This document shows, one piece after another, positions 1 through 14,275 of a stretch of DNA of 64,000 nucleotides. Origin of the DNA: Blastocystis sp. Blastoise (Eukaryota; Protista; Bigyra: Opalinata); NCBI GenBank assembly GCA_039096225.1, contig JBBPEB010000002.1, forward strand, positions 868,001 through 932,000. Direction: 5' to 3'. The position numbers and the translations under genes are program-made. Within the stretch, counting starts at the first letter, position 1; every line of letters begins with the position of its first letter. Under the pieces are notes generated by a model. It saw only the letters and a list, made by a program, of their open reading frames with translations, did not search any database and was not told where the DNA came from.

Positions 1-147
1 ATGTTAACAAATCATTTTTTATGAAAAAATGATAAATTCGCGCTAGGGAATCAATTTGTTCGTGAATAAAAAACACTTTTGAAAGACAAAAATTCAAAAT
101 ACAATTTTTAAAAATCTCCTCTTATTAAAGTCATCCAAATAAATAAG

Positions 148-2504
148 ATGGAATCAGATGAACAGAACAGTCGGCCACTGTCTCAAAGTTTAAAAAATGT
201 AGATATGCTTGGTCATCGTTCTGTCAATTCTTTAAGAAGATCTCGAGTTATTCGTCCTCTTTCTACTACGTTAACAGGAGATATTGATCTAATTAAATCT
301 GAGTCGCTTCTTGAAGTTAAAACACACAAATATCTTTTGAAGAATGGATCCTTACAAGAAGCAGAGGAAATAAATAAATTATTTTCTGAAGGTTGTTGGG
401 TTTATAAAGTTCAAGCAAACAATATTTGGAAAAAATCAGTGAGTATTATGTGTATTAAGTTATTAATTTCCTTCTTTTATAGAATAATTTACAGAAGCGT
501 TATATAAAGATCGATAACGACATACTCCTTTATGATCACAATGAAAAAATGCAAAATCCTCAGTATTTTATATGTTTTTAATATTTATTTATTATTATAT
601 TTTTTTTTAGGAAGATAAATTTGTTACAAGTCTCTGCTTCTACATATCCAAGCACGTTCCTTCCTAAAGACTATGCAATAAAAGATACAGTTGATGTTAT
701 AGCACATAATAGGACGTATACATTTGTTGGAAAATCAAATTTATCAAAATCAATTGAATTTGTTAATTATGTATTTTTTTAAACTTATTATGTATAAAGT
801 CGTTTTATTATATACATTACATAATCTAGTTGGGCAGATATTGTGAAAAGGTATTATCGCTAACTCAAAAACCTTCAGATCCAGTTATGATTGATGACTT
901 GTATATATATATATATAGTATACTTTATTCTTTTTTACAATGTTTATATATATGTATATAGGTATAAAAAAGGTTTGCTGTTAGAGAGTTGCCCTGTTGA
1001 AACCATAGAAAATCGTGTTCATTCGATATCTGTAGATGAGAAATGGAAATATATACAAGAACATAATTTACATTTAGAAAATGTGAAACTAAATGAACAA
1101 ACGGATTTCCTTATTACTACTTTATGTCATGTATATATATATATATACAAATAAGAATATTAATATATATAAAATTATTATTTATTCTATTTATTGTTCA
1201 TATCGTCTTTTTATGTTTTCTTTTTTTATTCATTATTATGTATATTTTAGAAAATATATTTTATGATTATTAATAACATATCTAGTTTCAATTTCTATTA
1301 TTATGTTATATATATTATTTTAATATGATATATAAATAGTTTGAGGGACAAGATCCTGAGTCGATATGGAAGTGTATTACTATTATAGAAGAAGGAAATA
1401 ATACTGTTCTAGAACCTTTCTATAATAAAGGAGGTATTCAACATATATTAAAGGTATATATATATATAATCTATTTGTATTAGTAATTTGTATTAATAAT
1501 TTATGTTTTTAAAATAAAAACAATATCTATATATAATATACTAATATTATTATTATATAATTATATATATATATAACTATATATAGAACATTGAATCTTA
1601 TTCATTAGTAGATAAACCAACAGATACCGAGTTACAAGTGATTATTCAACTTCTAACGTGTATACATACTATTATTAATACACCAAAGGGATTAGTACGA
1701 TTATTAACTATTGATAAATCACTATCTTCACTTGTTTTAGCATTATTCCCATTGGAAACAGACTGTATTCTCTGTTTAATTAATATTCTTCTTTCTATAA
1801 TCACATTAGGAAAAGATATATATATTAATCCTGATATTATTAATGTTAAAGAGAATCCAAATGTAATTCGTGTTGAAGATCGTGATACTATATTATATTA
1901 TTTAAAACCAGGTGTAGACTTTGTTATAGAAGCATTAGATAGCTTTCGTAATCGAACAAGAGAACAAATATGTTTTCAAAGTTTAGCTGAAATCTTAGAA
2001 GCTAGTGATGATATTGACATTTCCTGCTCTGTAATGAAATTATTTAATGCTATTTTAGAAAATATTGATAATCTTGATTATAGACTTGTTGTATATATAT
2101 TATATATATTATATAGACTTTTTTGTTTTTATTGTAATTGCTATTCCATATTATTATAAAATGATCTATTAATAATCTCACTATATATATATATATAGAT
2201 AAATAATGATTTCATATCTCTTGATGTTATTGGTATCTGTCAAGATTCTCTTCCTGAAATTCAAGAAAACCTCGAATTCCAACGGTTATTACAGTCATTT
2301 ATGATTAGTATACAAAGAGATAAAGAAGAAGCGTCATCACAAGGTCTTTATCTAGGAGATATGAATGCACTTATCAGTATATTCCCACGATTATTATATT
2401 TTAATATATTTTGGTTTTAGTTTTTTTTAATTATATATATATTTCTCTTTTTCTATAATATATATATTTCTTCTTTTTATGATTTTTGTCTCTGTCTCTC
2501 TCTA

Positions 2505-2538
<34 letters not shown>

Positions 2539-2777
2539 TCGTATTATAACAGATGCTCAAGAAGGTGGTAATGAATCCAGTTTCTTAACTGTATTACGAT
2601 GTTTATTATGTATTCCCTTAGATGCGTCATTAGGACGAAAAATGTGGGAAAATATAGCTATTCAAGCACAGAAAATCGTTCAAATTGCACCAGTTCCTTC
2701 TCAATCTGTTAATGATATTGATTATTTGAAAGTATATATAGATTATAGTTTTCATAATGAGTATAATAATAATAATA

Positions 2778-2834
<57 letters not shown>

Positions 2835-5602
2835 TATAGGAATTAATGGAGAAGAAGATGGATATAGAGAATGAAATAATGGGTACAAAAATAGAAAATG
2901 AACGAACAGAACAGCAGGTAGAGGAACTCTATAGAATACAGGATGAACGAGATTTATTGAAGAAACGAGTATATATATATATATATATATATTCTTTAAT
3001 CATTATCTACATTTTTTAAAAATCTATTAATTATTTCTATATATATTTTTTATAAATATATATTATTTTTTGTTATTTCGATAGTATATCTAGACTTATA
3101 GTTTTATTCTTATTAATAATAATACGAATACTTATATATATATAGTATCAAAATATGAATGACCGTTATATTTCTCAATTACAATATTTACAGAATGAGT
3201 TAAAAAGTCACGTATATATAGCAGATTTAACAGATGATGTTGAATATGGTGAATATTTTAAAGATTATAATGCAGGGTTAAATATAGAGGATATAAAGAA
3301 ATCATGTGAAGAGAATTCTTTGAATCCTGATGTTCTTAATAATTATAGTTATACTGTTATACGTAAAGGAAATGAATTAGTACCTCTATCTTATCCTCTT
3401 CCTAGTTATACTATTGATACTATAGGAGATAATGCTATGAAACTTATGGATCAATATATTAAAGGAGGAGATATTATGACTATTACTATACCTGATCCTG
3501 ATTATGAAGATTTATTTCATCAAAAACAAAAAGGTATTAATATTGAGGAATTAAAAGCTATTGCTAAAGAAAATGGATTAGATGAAGAAATATTAAATCA
3601 AGATGAATGTCCTATGATTACAAAAGAAGTTATTAAACCTATTATTTTATCGGATAATAGTAATTCCTCTATATGTACAGATGTAAGTACGGGTATTACT
3701 GATGGTTCTACTAAGATTCAAAAATTACCTGTACCTACTCTTTCTATTCCTACTCCTACTATTCAAAATAAACCTTCTCTTATTCCTGATCCTAAATATG
3801 CTGCTCTATTTAAATTGAAAAAGATGGGAATGCAATTAGAACAAATTAAAATAAAAGCTGAAAGAGAAGGTTTAGACGCTTCTAAATTAGATAGTGATGA
3901 ATGTCCTATGATTCCTGATCCTAATGCTACTACTACTGCTACTTCTTCTTCCACTGCTATTCCAATGATTCCTGATCCTAAATATGCTCCTCTATTTAAA
4001 TTGAAAAAGATGGGAATGCAATTAGAACAAATTAAAATAAAAGCTGAAAGAGAAGGATTAGATTCTTCAAAATTAGATAGTGATGAATGTCCTATGATTC
4101 CTGATCCTAATGCTACTACTACTGCTACTTCTTCTTCCACTGCTATTCCAATGATTCCTGATCCTAAATATGCTCCTCTATTCAAGCTGAAAAAGATGGG
4201 AATGCAATTAGAACAAATTAAAATAAAAGCTGAAAGAGAAGGACTGGATTCAGCTGTATTAGACAAAGATGAATGTCCTATGATTCCTGATCCTAATGCT
4301 TCTGTTCCTAGTACTGTTTCTACTCCTACTCCTCTTATTCCTGATCCTAAATATGCTCCTCTATTCAAGCTGAAAAAAATGGGAATGCAATTAAAACAAA
4401 TTAAAATAAAAGCTGAAAGAGAAGGACTGGATTCAGCTGTATTAGACAAAGATGAATGTCCTATGATTCCTGATCCTAATGCTACTCCTTCTACTGCTAC
4501 TACTTCTCCTGCTATTCAAACTAAACCTTCTCTTATTCCTGATCCTAAATATGCTCCTCTATTCAAGCTGAAAAAGATGGGAATGTCCTTAGAACAAATT
4601 AAAATAAAAGCTGAAAGAGAAGGTTTAAACCCAAGTTTATTAGATAGTGATGAATGTCCTATGATTCCTGATCCTTCTGTTTCTACTCCTTCTACTACTC
4701 CTTCTTCTCCTGCTATGCCAATAAATGGACAATTATCACCTATTTCTCGACCTCCAATATCTTTACCTCCATTAAAACCAAGTCTTCCTAAAAATCCATT
4801 AGTATCTGCTATTTCTCAAGGTAAATCAAGTTCTATTTCTACTACTGGACAATCAAATGAACAAAACAAGAATACTACTACTACTACTACTACTAATAAT
4901 AATAATAATAATACTGCAGAAATTAAAAAAGAATTAGAGTTTATTCCTCCAGAGAAAGAAAAATATAAATTATCTAATAAAGTTAAGTCTATATATTGGA
5001 ATCCTGTACAAGGAAATGCTTTAAAAGACAGTATTTGGATGAAAATGAATGAAGATGAAGTTGCTATAGATATAAATAAAGTAGAAACATTATTTAAAGC
5101 TAAACAAACAAAAAACATGGATGTTATTTTGAAACCTGTTATTGGTACAGGAGATGATTCTGTTAGTATCCTAGATAGTAAACGCCAACATAATATGGGT
5201 ATTTGTTTATCTAGACTTCGTTTACGACCAACACAATTACGTATTGCTATTTTAAGAGCTGATACTGTTACTTTGAATAAAAATACAATACAAATGTTAG
5301 AAGATATTTTACCTAAGCAAGATGAATTAGATAAATTCAGTACTGTTACAGATCCAAATATATTAAATGATATAGATATGGTTGGATATACATTATATAA
5401 GATACCAAATGCTTTAACAAGATTAAAATGTATGCATATAAAACTATTTTTTAATGATAGTTATGATGATTTGATAACGAAGAGCGAAAGTGTACTAGAT
5501 GCTATTCATGTTATTCAAAATAGTAAAGAATTTATTTATATATTAGAAATTGTATTGAAAATAGGAAATATGCTTAATGGTATAGATATATTTATAAATA
5601 AT

Positions 5603-5658
<56 letters not shown>

Positions 5659-7254
5659 ATAATCTTTATATGGTGTATTTTATATAATGAAATATATTAT
5701 TATTATTATCTGAAATATGATTATGATTATGATTATGATTATGATTATGATTATGATTATGATTATGATTATTATATATATGTATGCATATATAGGAACA
5801 ACATCTAGAGGTGGAATATATGGATTTCAGTTTGATATTTTACCTCGACTTAAAGATACGAAGGGAGAAGATAATTATAGTTTTATAGAGTATATTGTTA
5901 ATACTTATTTCATTATTATATATACTTATTTAATACTTATTTATAATTATATATATACTTATTTAATACTTATTTATAATTATTTATATACTTATATATA
6001 TTCTTATAGATTTATTTAAATACTTATATATAAACTTATTTAATAATTACTTAATACTTATGTAATACATGCTTGTTATTTTAGAATAATATTTTATATT
6101 ACATATAATTTTAATTGTTTTAACATAATATATTATATTACATATTATTTTAATTGTTTTAACATAATATATTATATATATAGTTTTGCTGTTGATATTA
6201 TTCATGAACAAAAACCTTCTGTTTTATCTATATTAAATTCTATATCTCTTCTTAAGACAATTGGTTATATTAAATATCAAGATTTATTAAATGGATTAAA
6301 AGATATTAAAACACAAGTGAATATGATTCGAATCGCATCAAAATCAAAGCCTACTGAACAAGAAGATAAGTATATATATATATTAAAATACTAGTTGTTA
6401 TGTATTGTTTCTGGTTTTGTTTTTTATATATAACTATTATAAATTGATATTTGAAATAATACTAATTATTAATAATATATATATATATTATTATTATTAT
6501 AGATATGGTGATGTTATGAGTGAGTTTTACGATACGATACTTGATTTACCTGCTAAGGCTGAAGAACTTATCCAACAAATACCAAAGGAATATCAATCAT
6601 TATCTAATCTTTATGGTATACTATTCTTTATATTTATATGTTATATATATGTTTATATATATATATATAGGTAATGATTCTAAGAGTGTTTCTTATAATG
6701 AATTTTTAGGGCTAATTACTGTGTTTTTGACTGATTTGAAGAATGCTGATGATAAACGTACAAAGAAACTCGAAGAAGAACAAAAAGTGTGTACTATATA
6801 TATATATTATTATTATTCTTATTTATTATGACTTATTATATATACTGATTATTATATATTGATTATTTTATATTGATTATTATTTATTGATTATTATTTA
6901 TTGATTATTAATAATTATTAAACAATATTAATTATTGATTATTTATAGGAATTAGAGAAACAACAAAAGCAAGCTTTACAGAAGTCAAAGGTTACTACAA
7001 AGAATACTGCTTCTATATCTACTACTAATACTAGTACAAATATCCCTGTTAAATCTACTTATTCTTCTTATGCAAAGAAACAAGATATAAATAAACAATT
7101 GAATCAAAATATGATATCGAATAATTCAACAGACCAAAATGATATTGTTACTGCATTTTCTACATCTTCATCAACATCCAATCAAAATAAATCATTCTTA
7201 TCTCATCTTTCAAATCTTAGAAGTGTTACAAATAATTCTATAAATCCATCTGAT

Positions 7255-7347
<93 letters not shown>

Positions 7348-8931
7348 TCTGTTACACCTGTTACTAAGCCAATTTCTCTTCTTTCTCAATTAGATATTTC
7401 TACTCCTACTACTTCATTACAACGAGGCGTCTTTCAACGTCCGAAACTCAATCGAGTTTCACGGGAATCCACTGTTTCTACACGTAGTAGTAAAAGCCGT
7501 GATGATCTTCCTAATGACCCTCCCCCGCCAATTCCTGATACTATACCGCCACCTCATTTATATGTTGGATTACCACCTGCTATGAATAGAAATAAATTCT
7601 TAAAAAGAGAACGTTATTCTATGCTTGCTAATAGTAATCGATATAGTTATATACCTAAAAGATCAAGTATTTTTTCCGTTAATACTAGTAGATTAAGTGA
7701 CTCAGATCATCCTGAATCATTTACTCATAGTTTATCAAGTTTTGAAAGATCTTCAAATGATTCTATTTTAGAGAATAATAAACATCTAGGGTCCAGTAGT
7801 CTTTCTAGAGAAGAAGAAGGTAGTCTTTCTAAACTTATTCATGGAGATATATCAAGTATTAGTAGCAGTAATAATACAAGTATAATAGATCTTTCTTCAC
7901 ATAGTATAAATGATAATAAGAGTGAAGACAATAGTATTATCATACAATCTACATCAACAACACCTGTTGTGAATCCTATATTATTCTCTCCTATTCTTAA
8001 ATCAGATAATACTCATTATACTTTTGATGATAATAATAATCATAATGTATATATATTATATTATATTATATTATATTATATTATATTATATTATATTATA
8101 TTATATTATATTGTTAAATAAATAAATATATTTATTCAATTGTATTTATTTTGAATTTATATTTATATTTTTCTTTCTATTTATCTATATTTCTATCATT
8201 ATTAAAATATTTATATACATATTTTTTAAATATTTCTATTTTTAATATTTCTATCTTTATTTCATATATATATCTATATACATATATTTCTTCAATATAC
8301 ATATATATTCCTATATATCTAGTCTTTACTTCATAAAGGTAATCATAATTTGAGTTTCTTGGAACAGGATGAGGCTGCTAGTGAAGAAGATAGTCCTTTA
8401 GATTATTCATTAACCGCGGAAATTAATCAAAAGAAAGTGAATAAATTATCATCTTCACCCGTTTATAAATCTTATACTATAAATCATTCTCAATTAAATA
8501 CTTCTTATGATTCTAAGGAGTTATATAATTCATATATAACACCAATTGATTCCTCTGTATATATACGTCCTTCAATACAGAAAGGAACAACTCGATTGTC
8601 TGTAATGCCGATGTCAGATATCGATGAAGATGCTAGTTCTACCGATAACGAGGAGAATAATCCTAATGATTTAAATAATAATACAAATGATGATGATGAT
8701 GATGATGACGCACTTGATAGAGAATTATTAGGACACAGTATTCTAGAGAAAACACCAAAAGCTGGTTATTCAGGAAGACCTTCTGCGTTCCGTCGTGTAT
8801 CTTGTTTACCTGGAGAAGAAAGTCCCGTGAATATATCACATAGACCTTCAATAATGGCTAATAAAGGTAGTGTTGCTAAACGTCTGACACTTCGTTTCCA
8901 AGAACGAAAAGCGCTTATTAAAGAAGAATAA
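148..8931 (+). CDS. Multi-exon formin: N-terminal PH domain, GBD/FH3 region, tandem CCDC53-like helical repeats, FH2 domain, long Ser/Asn-rich tail
   Basis: FH2 hallmarks: KVKSIYWNPV..SIW, ILDSKRQHNMGICLSRL, ILEIVLKIGNMLNG|TTSRGGIYGFQFDILPRLKDTKG. PH-like N-terminus: EGCWVYKVQ..WKKS|NNLQKRYIKI..RTYTFVG. FH3-like FLTVLRCLLCIP..MWENI. The introns I checked splice in frame with GT-AG. Confidence 0.9.
3780..4680 (+). repeat. Five near-identical coding tandem repeats (about 186-200 bp; IPDPKYAPLFKLKKMGMQLEQIKIKAEREGLD..LD.DECPM), with two degenerate copies upstream at about 3230-3620
   Basis: Directly visible in the DNA and in ORF 3155..5662. Confidence 0.95.
7258..7347 (+). repeat. (AAT)n coding microsatellite (about 30 Asn) in the formin tail
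   Basis: Seen directly in ORF 7099..8121. Confidence 0.95.
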
Positions 8932-9796
8932 TTATATATATATATATATTTATATATAATAAGAATTACTCCATTTTTATTGATTTATGTATGTATATTA
9001 GAATATTATTTGTAGTTCTATTGTAATTATTTCAAATATATTTTTTACTTCTTCTTATCAACTGTTATGATATATGTTTTTTTATTCACATAATTCTTTC
9101 TTTCTTTTCCACTTTTTCTTGTTTATCTCAGTAATACTTTTATTTATAAATGATTTTTTTTTGAATATATATATGTATATAATTAAAATATATATTTTCA
9201 TTTTCTTTTTTAGTCTTATTTATATATTAATTACATAGCTTATAGTGTATTATATATATATATATATTATATATTTCTTCCTCAGTTTCAGTTCATTTTT
9301 TTCATTTCATGTTGACCTTTTAGTTTTAATATATATTGTATTGTTTACATATCGTTTTTTTGTAAAAGAAATACTAGTTATTGATGATTATCATGGATAG
9401 ATATGATTCTACGTTCACGAATAGATAGTTCCAACTACATGACTAACAATATATTCTTATATTTCCCCTTTTAGTAGTTGATAATAAACATTCTTGAATT
9501 TTTCATTATTAAGAAGAAAAAAACATATCTAATATATCTAAGAATGTGTATATCATGTAATAGAGGAATTAAAGCGAATAATGGATATAGAAGTTTTCAA
9601 TAATTAATAAACATTTCAATAATAATTTGACTGATAATGAAGATCATAAACTAATACACAAAAACATTCAAGTTAGCAATTAATAAAATGAAAAGTATGC
9701 AAGATTACGATTAAATATTGATTTGAAAATACAAAGCGAAACTGAATATTTTGATCAAACAGTTTTTTTTTGAGAAATATTTCTGATTATTTAGAA

Positions 9797-9869
9797 TAGA
9801 GATTTACAAAAAACCGTATATGAATAATACGTTTTTTTGTAAATCTCTAGTTTTTTTGTAAATCTCTAG
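9797..9869. repeat. Inverted repeat (about 23-bp arms, 7-nt loop) plus a tandem duplicate of the right arm, upstream of YJU2
   Basis: TAGAGATTTACAAAAAAcCGTAT-atgaata-ATACGtTTTTTTGTAAATCTCTA, followed by a second TTTTTTTGTAAATCTCTAG. Confidence 0.85.
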
Positions 9870-9936
9870 TAAATTTCTATTATTTAGAAAAAGTCAAATA
9901 ATATTTTATTTTTATAATACTTTGATATAATTCGAT

Positions 9937-10852
9937 ATGGCTGAAAGAAAAGTATTGAATAAGTATATACCATGGGATTTCGATCCAGAGAAGTTGGATA
10001 ACTTTCATTTGGAGAGAAAACGTACTATGGTAGTACGTATGATGCTTCCATTTACTGTCCGATGTAATCATTGTGGTGAATTTATGTATGCTGGAAAGAA
10101 ATTCAATACAAGATATGAAGTTGCTAAAGGAGAAGATTATTTAGGTCTACGAATTAGTCGTTTTTATTTCAAATGTACACGTTGTGGTATTGAATTTACA
10201 ATCAAGACAGATCCAAAGAACTCTCAGTATGTTGTAGAAGCTGGAGCAACAAAGAATTACGATATGTTCAATGAACAAAAGAAATTAGTAGAAGAAGATA
10301 AGGAGAAAGAAGAAGAAATCAAACAACAAGATTCTATTAAAGATTTAGAAAATAGAATGGAAGAGTCTAAACGAGATCTTAATATCTTGGATGCATTAGA
10401 TGGTATCCAAGCATATAATCAACAATACAAAAATGTAGATGCAGATGAAGTAATTCAAAAATTAAAGGAAAAAGATGAAAAGGTATATTCTTATTTGATT
10501 TATATTGTTTATTGTATTTTTATTTTTATTTTTATTTTTATTTTTTTTAAATTTTAAATATGATGATATTTTATATGGAAACTTTATATTATAATATATA
10601 TATATATTTATAATTCTCTATCTAAAGAAATTAAACAAAGATATTAAAGATATTGATGAAGAAATTAATAAAGAATTTGAAGAGAATCAAAAGAAAAAAG
10701 AATTAGAAGCCAAAAAAGCCAAATCTGTATCAGATACAATATCTTTCGATTTCTCTGTTCCTTCGAAATCATCTGTACCTAAAGAAAAATCAAATATGAC
10801 AAAAAAACCTATTTTGATAAAAAAGAAAAAAATTATTCCTTTGAAAAAGTAA
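9937..10852 (+). CDS. YJU2: Splicing factor YJU2/CWC16 (CCDC94), 2 exons (intron 10483-10627, AAG acceptor)
   Basis: MAERKVLNKYIPWDFDP..VRMMLPFTVRCNHCGEF..KKFN..YLG..FYFKCTRC..IKTDPKN; second exon is in frame to TAA at 10850-10852. Confidence 0.93.
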
Positions 10853-11511
10853 TTGTTTGTGTATATTAGAGTATTATATATTGATTGTTTTTGATTATTT
10901 ATTGTTGTTTCATTTTTTGTTTTGCTTTATATTTTGTATTTCTTATAACTAATGACACTAGTTGAAAACAAATAACATTCTAAGAATTGAATAGAGACTC
11001 AGTTTATTGATCATTTAACTTGAAATCATTTTAACTCACTTATATATCATTTATTCAATATTTAAAGTATACCAACATATTAATCTGTATCTCGTTTTAA
11101 CTAGACTATATTTATATTGAAGCTAGAACGATATACATATAAATTAGAATACACTATTTTGACTTTCTCAGTATATTTTCAAGTTTCTCATTATCTAGGC
11201 TCTATTTCTATATAATAATAATCCATAACTAAATGATATATTTCTTCAAATCACTATTCATTGACTGAATTTGTTATTATTTATTATTCTATTCTTTCAA
11301 GAAGAACAATCTAAGACTATTAATGCATATTATCAGACTATCAATGCATCCTTTATTTAATAAAAAGAAAACAAAATATTTCTAGAGTATTCATGGTTTT
11401 TTAATTATATCAAGTCAAAAATTGTCAAAAAACAAATAAATTCTATACTCTTGTTTCAAGTTGTTTTTTTTCATTTGTTCAAGTATTGCTATTCAAGGAA
11501 GTTTCATTAAG

Positions 11512-12631
11512 ATGTCTTTAATACAAGGAACAACGGATGAGGAACAAGTGATCAACACTACAGATACCTCTAGCATTCTTAATACAAATATTTCCGGTAT
11601 AACTATTCAAATTCAGTATATATTTTTATGTTACATTATTTCCTCTATTAAATCATAATGAAATAATAGAAATGTTGTGGCTACATCAGATTTTGGTTCT
11701 AAGATAAACTTAGAAACTATTCCAAAAAAAGTCCGTAATGCAGAATATAATCCTAAGGTATTTTTTATAATTGAACTACCAAGTAGTTTTTCATAAAGCT
11801 ACCGAATTCATTTCATTTTTCATTTTTTCAATAAAATTCTCATAATTATTCTTTATTTATAGAGATTTGGAGCTGTCATCATGAGAATCAGAGATCCTAA
11901 ATCAACTGCTTTGATTTTTTCTTCAGGAAAAGTTGTTTGTGCTGGAACCAAGACAATAGATGATGCAAATAAAGCTTTATTGAAATACAGAAAGATTATT
12001 AATGTATATATTTCATATTTTAAAAAAATATAAAATATTTTTATTATGTATACTATTTTTGTTCTTCTTCATTTTTAATAATTTTTTAAATATTTTTTAT
12101 GGTATAGAAATGTGTTAAACTTCATAATACTGGTAATACAAAGATTAATACTACTATTCATAATATTGTTGGAGTTGCTGATTGTAGATTTCCTATTAAA
12201 CTAGAAGGTCTCTCTATTGATAATATTGAATCATGTACTGTATGTTTATTATTATTATATATATTTATTATATATATGTTTATTAATATATTTATTATTA
12301 TATTTATTATACTTATTATTATATTTATTATTATTATTATACTTAAATTTATTATACTTGTTTATATAGTATGAACCTGAGTTATTTAGTGGTTTAGTAT
12401 ATCGATTAGCAAATCCTAAAGTTGTTGCACTTGTTTTTGTTTCAGGAAAAGTTGTTATTACTGGAGCTAAAGTATATATATAACTATATATATATATAAT
12501 TATGGAAGATTTAATCATATTATTTAACAACATTTTTTTTCTCTATTTATTTATTTATATAGACTACTGAAGATCTTAAAAAAGCATTTAATAGTTTATT
12601 TCCACTATTAAAAGCTCATCAAAAGTTATAA
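11512..12631 (+). CDS. TBP: TATA-binding protein, 6 exons
   Basis: Spliced product reads [96 protein letters not shown]. Confidence 0.95.
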
Positions 12632-13449
12632 ATAAGCAAATCATATATGTATTCTTCTCTTCTCTGTATGTTCTATTCTCAGTTCTTTCATTTTTCTTTT
12701 TCATCTTTTCCATTTTTTTTGTCATTAACATTGTTTTCATTTGAATATCTTTAACTCAATTGTTTATTTAATTGATTATATTATGATAACAAATTAAACT
12801 TATAACATATTTTTCAATTCATTTCAATTTTTTATTCAAAGAAACATCTATTAAATTTAGCTAACACATAAATAGTAATTATTTAAAAAATCACCATTGA
12901 ATCATCACCAAATTGAATAAAAATGCATAAATAGAATCTACTAGAACATAAAAAGACTGATATCTTGATAAAAATCAAATTTGGATCACATAACTCACTA
13001 AAATATCCGATTCATTTGAAACACTCATTTGAATTGAGTCTTTCACACACCATCAATAGCAAACTTTTATATAAATAGGAAATCATGTATATTTATGTTA
13101 TTACATATAAAAAATCAAAAAAACACATTAAGAAAATCAACAGTTTTGAAAAATCATTACTATTTAATGTAGATTAGATCTTTCAAAAAGAAATATAATT
13201 CAATAAGATTCAAATAGAATATTAATAATTATAAAATTGACTCAAACAGAATCTTGACTTTAAAAAGAAGAAAGAAAACGAATCTTCATTTTTTAATTGA
13301 CCAATCAAAATATTCCATCTGTCAATAGAAATCATATAATTGATAGGTTCTAAGTAGATCACTATACATATTAAGAAATTCTTTGTTTTTTTTTCTGTTT
13401 TTTTTTTCAAGGAAAACTTATCTTATTTTTGTTTTGCATTTTTCTACTT

Positions 13450-13917
13450 ATGTCTTTTATTAATCCTGGTAACAAATTTTTTGATGATGATGATTTTGCC
13501 TACAATTCTATTGCTAAGGCTAGAATCAACTATCTTGAAAAGCAACCTTTAGCTTTCCATCTTAATGTAGATCTCATTGAAACTCCTGATTCTTATGTTC
13601 TTCTTGCTGATATCCCAGGAATTAGTATTGATCGTATTAAGGTCACCGTTAAGGATAGCAAGATTTGTATTGAAGGAAAGAGAAAGAGAAAGGTTGTGTC
13701 TGATAATGATGTGTATCTTATTACCGAAAGATCCTCTGGTCCTTTCAGAAAGTTTATTGATGTTCCTTTCAATTGTGATGCTGAAAATATGAAGGCTAAA
13801 ATAGAAAATGGTCTTCTTGTTTTAACTATGAATAAAATTGAAGGAAAAGAAGCTGGTATTGTTGTCAAAGTAGAAACTGAAGAACCTAAAGAAGAACTCA
13901 CTGAAAAACTCTTATAA
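13450..13917 (+). CDS. Small heat shock protein (HSP20/alpha-crystallin domain), intronless
   Basis: VDLIETPDSYVLLADIPG..IEGKR..ERSSGPFRKFIDVP..KAKIENGLLVLTMNK, with a C-terminal VKV (IXI-like) motif; first ATG is at 13450. Confidence 0.93.
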   Translation: MSFINPGNKFFDDDDFAYNSIAKARINYLEKQPLAFHLNVDLIETPDSYVLLADIPGISIDRIKVTVKDSKICIEGKRKRKVVSDNDVYLITERSSGPFRKFIDVPFNCDAENMKAKIENGLLVLTMNKIEGKEAGIVVKVETEEPKEELTEKLL

Positions 13918-14275
13918 ACAATATATAAATTATAATTACTATTTATTGTTTATATATCTTTCTCTTCTTTTTGCTTTGTAGTTGTTGTATTTATTTGCAT
14001 ATTCTTATCATTATAATTTCATAAATTTTCATATTTATATTTTTGTTATGTTTCTTTTATGTTGTTTAATATATATATATAAAGGCTATATATTTTTTAT
14101 ATATAAAAAAAAACAAATAATATTTTTAATAATGGCAAAAAAATCAGTAGAAATGACAATTAATAAATAATAAAAAGTAATCTGGAAATAAAAAGTAGAA
14201 AAAAAGGAAGAAATACTGTTGAGTAAAAAAAAAAGAAAATTATATATGTATGAAACAAATGATAATAAGAAAGAA

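Noticed and set aside
3763-4449. 228-aa antisense ORF with repeats
   Set aside because: It is a shadow of the formin repeat exon, starts at a non-ATG codon, and has no independent support.
3780-4680. Repeat-spacer-like periodicity suggesting a CRISPR array
   Set aside because: The units are long in-frame coding repeats in a eukaryotic gene, with related linkers and no cas genes.
10853-10862. TGTTTGTG right after the YJU2 stop, similar to the Blastocystis TGTTTGTT polyadenylation motif
   Set aside because: It is an imperfect single instance, the stop is already encoded, and I did not see the motif consistently after other genes.
13200-13449. Heat-shock element upstream of HSP20
   Set aside because: Only isolated GAA/TTC half-sites with wrong spacing; no three-unit nGAAn array.
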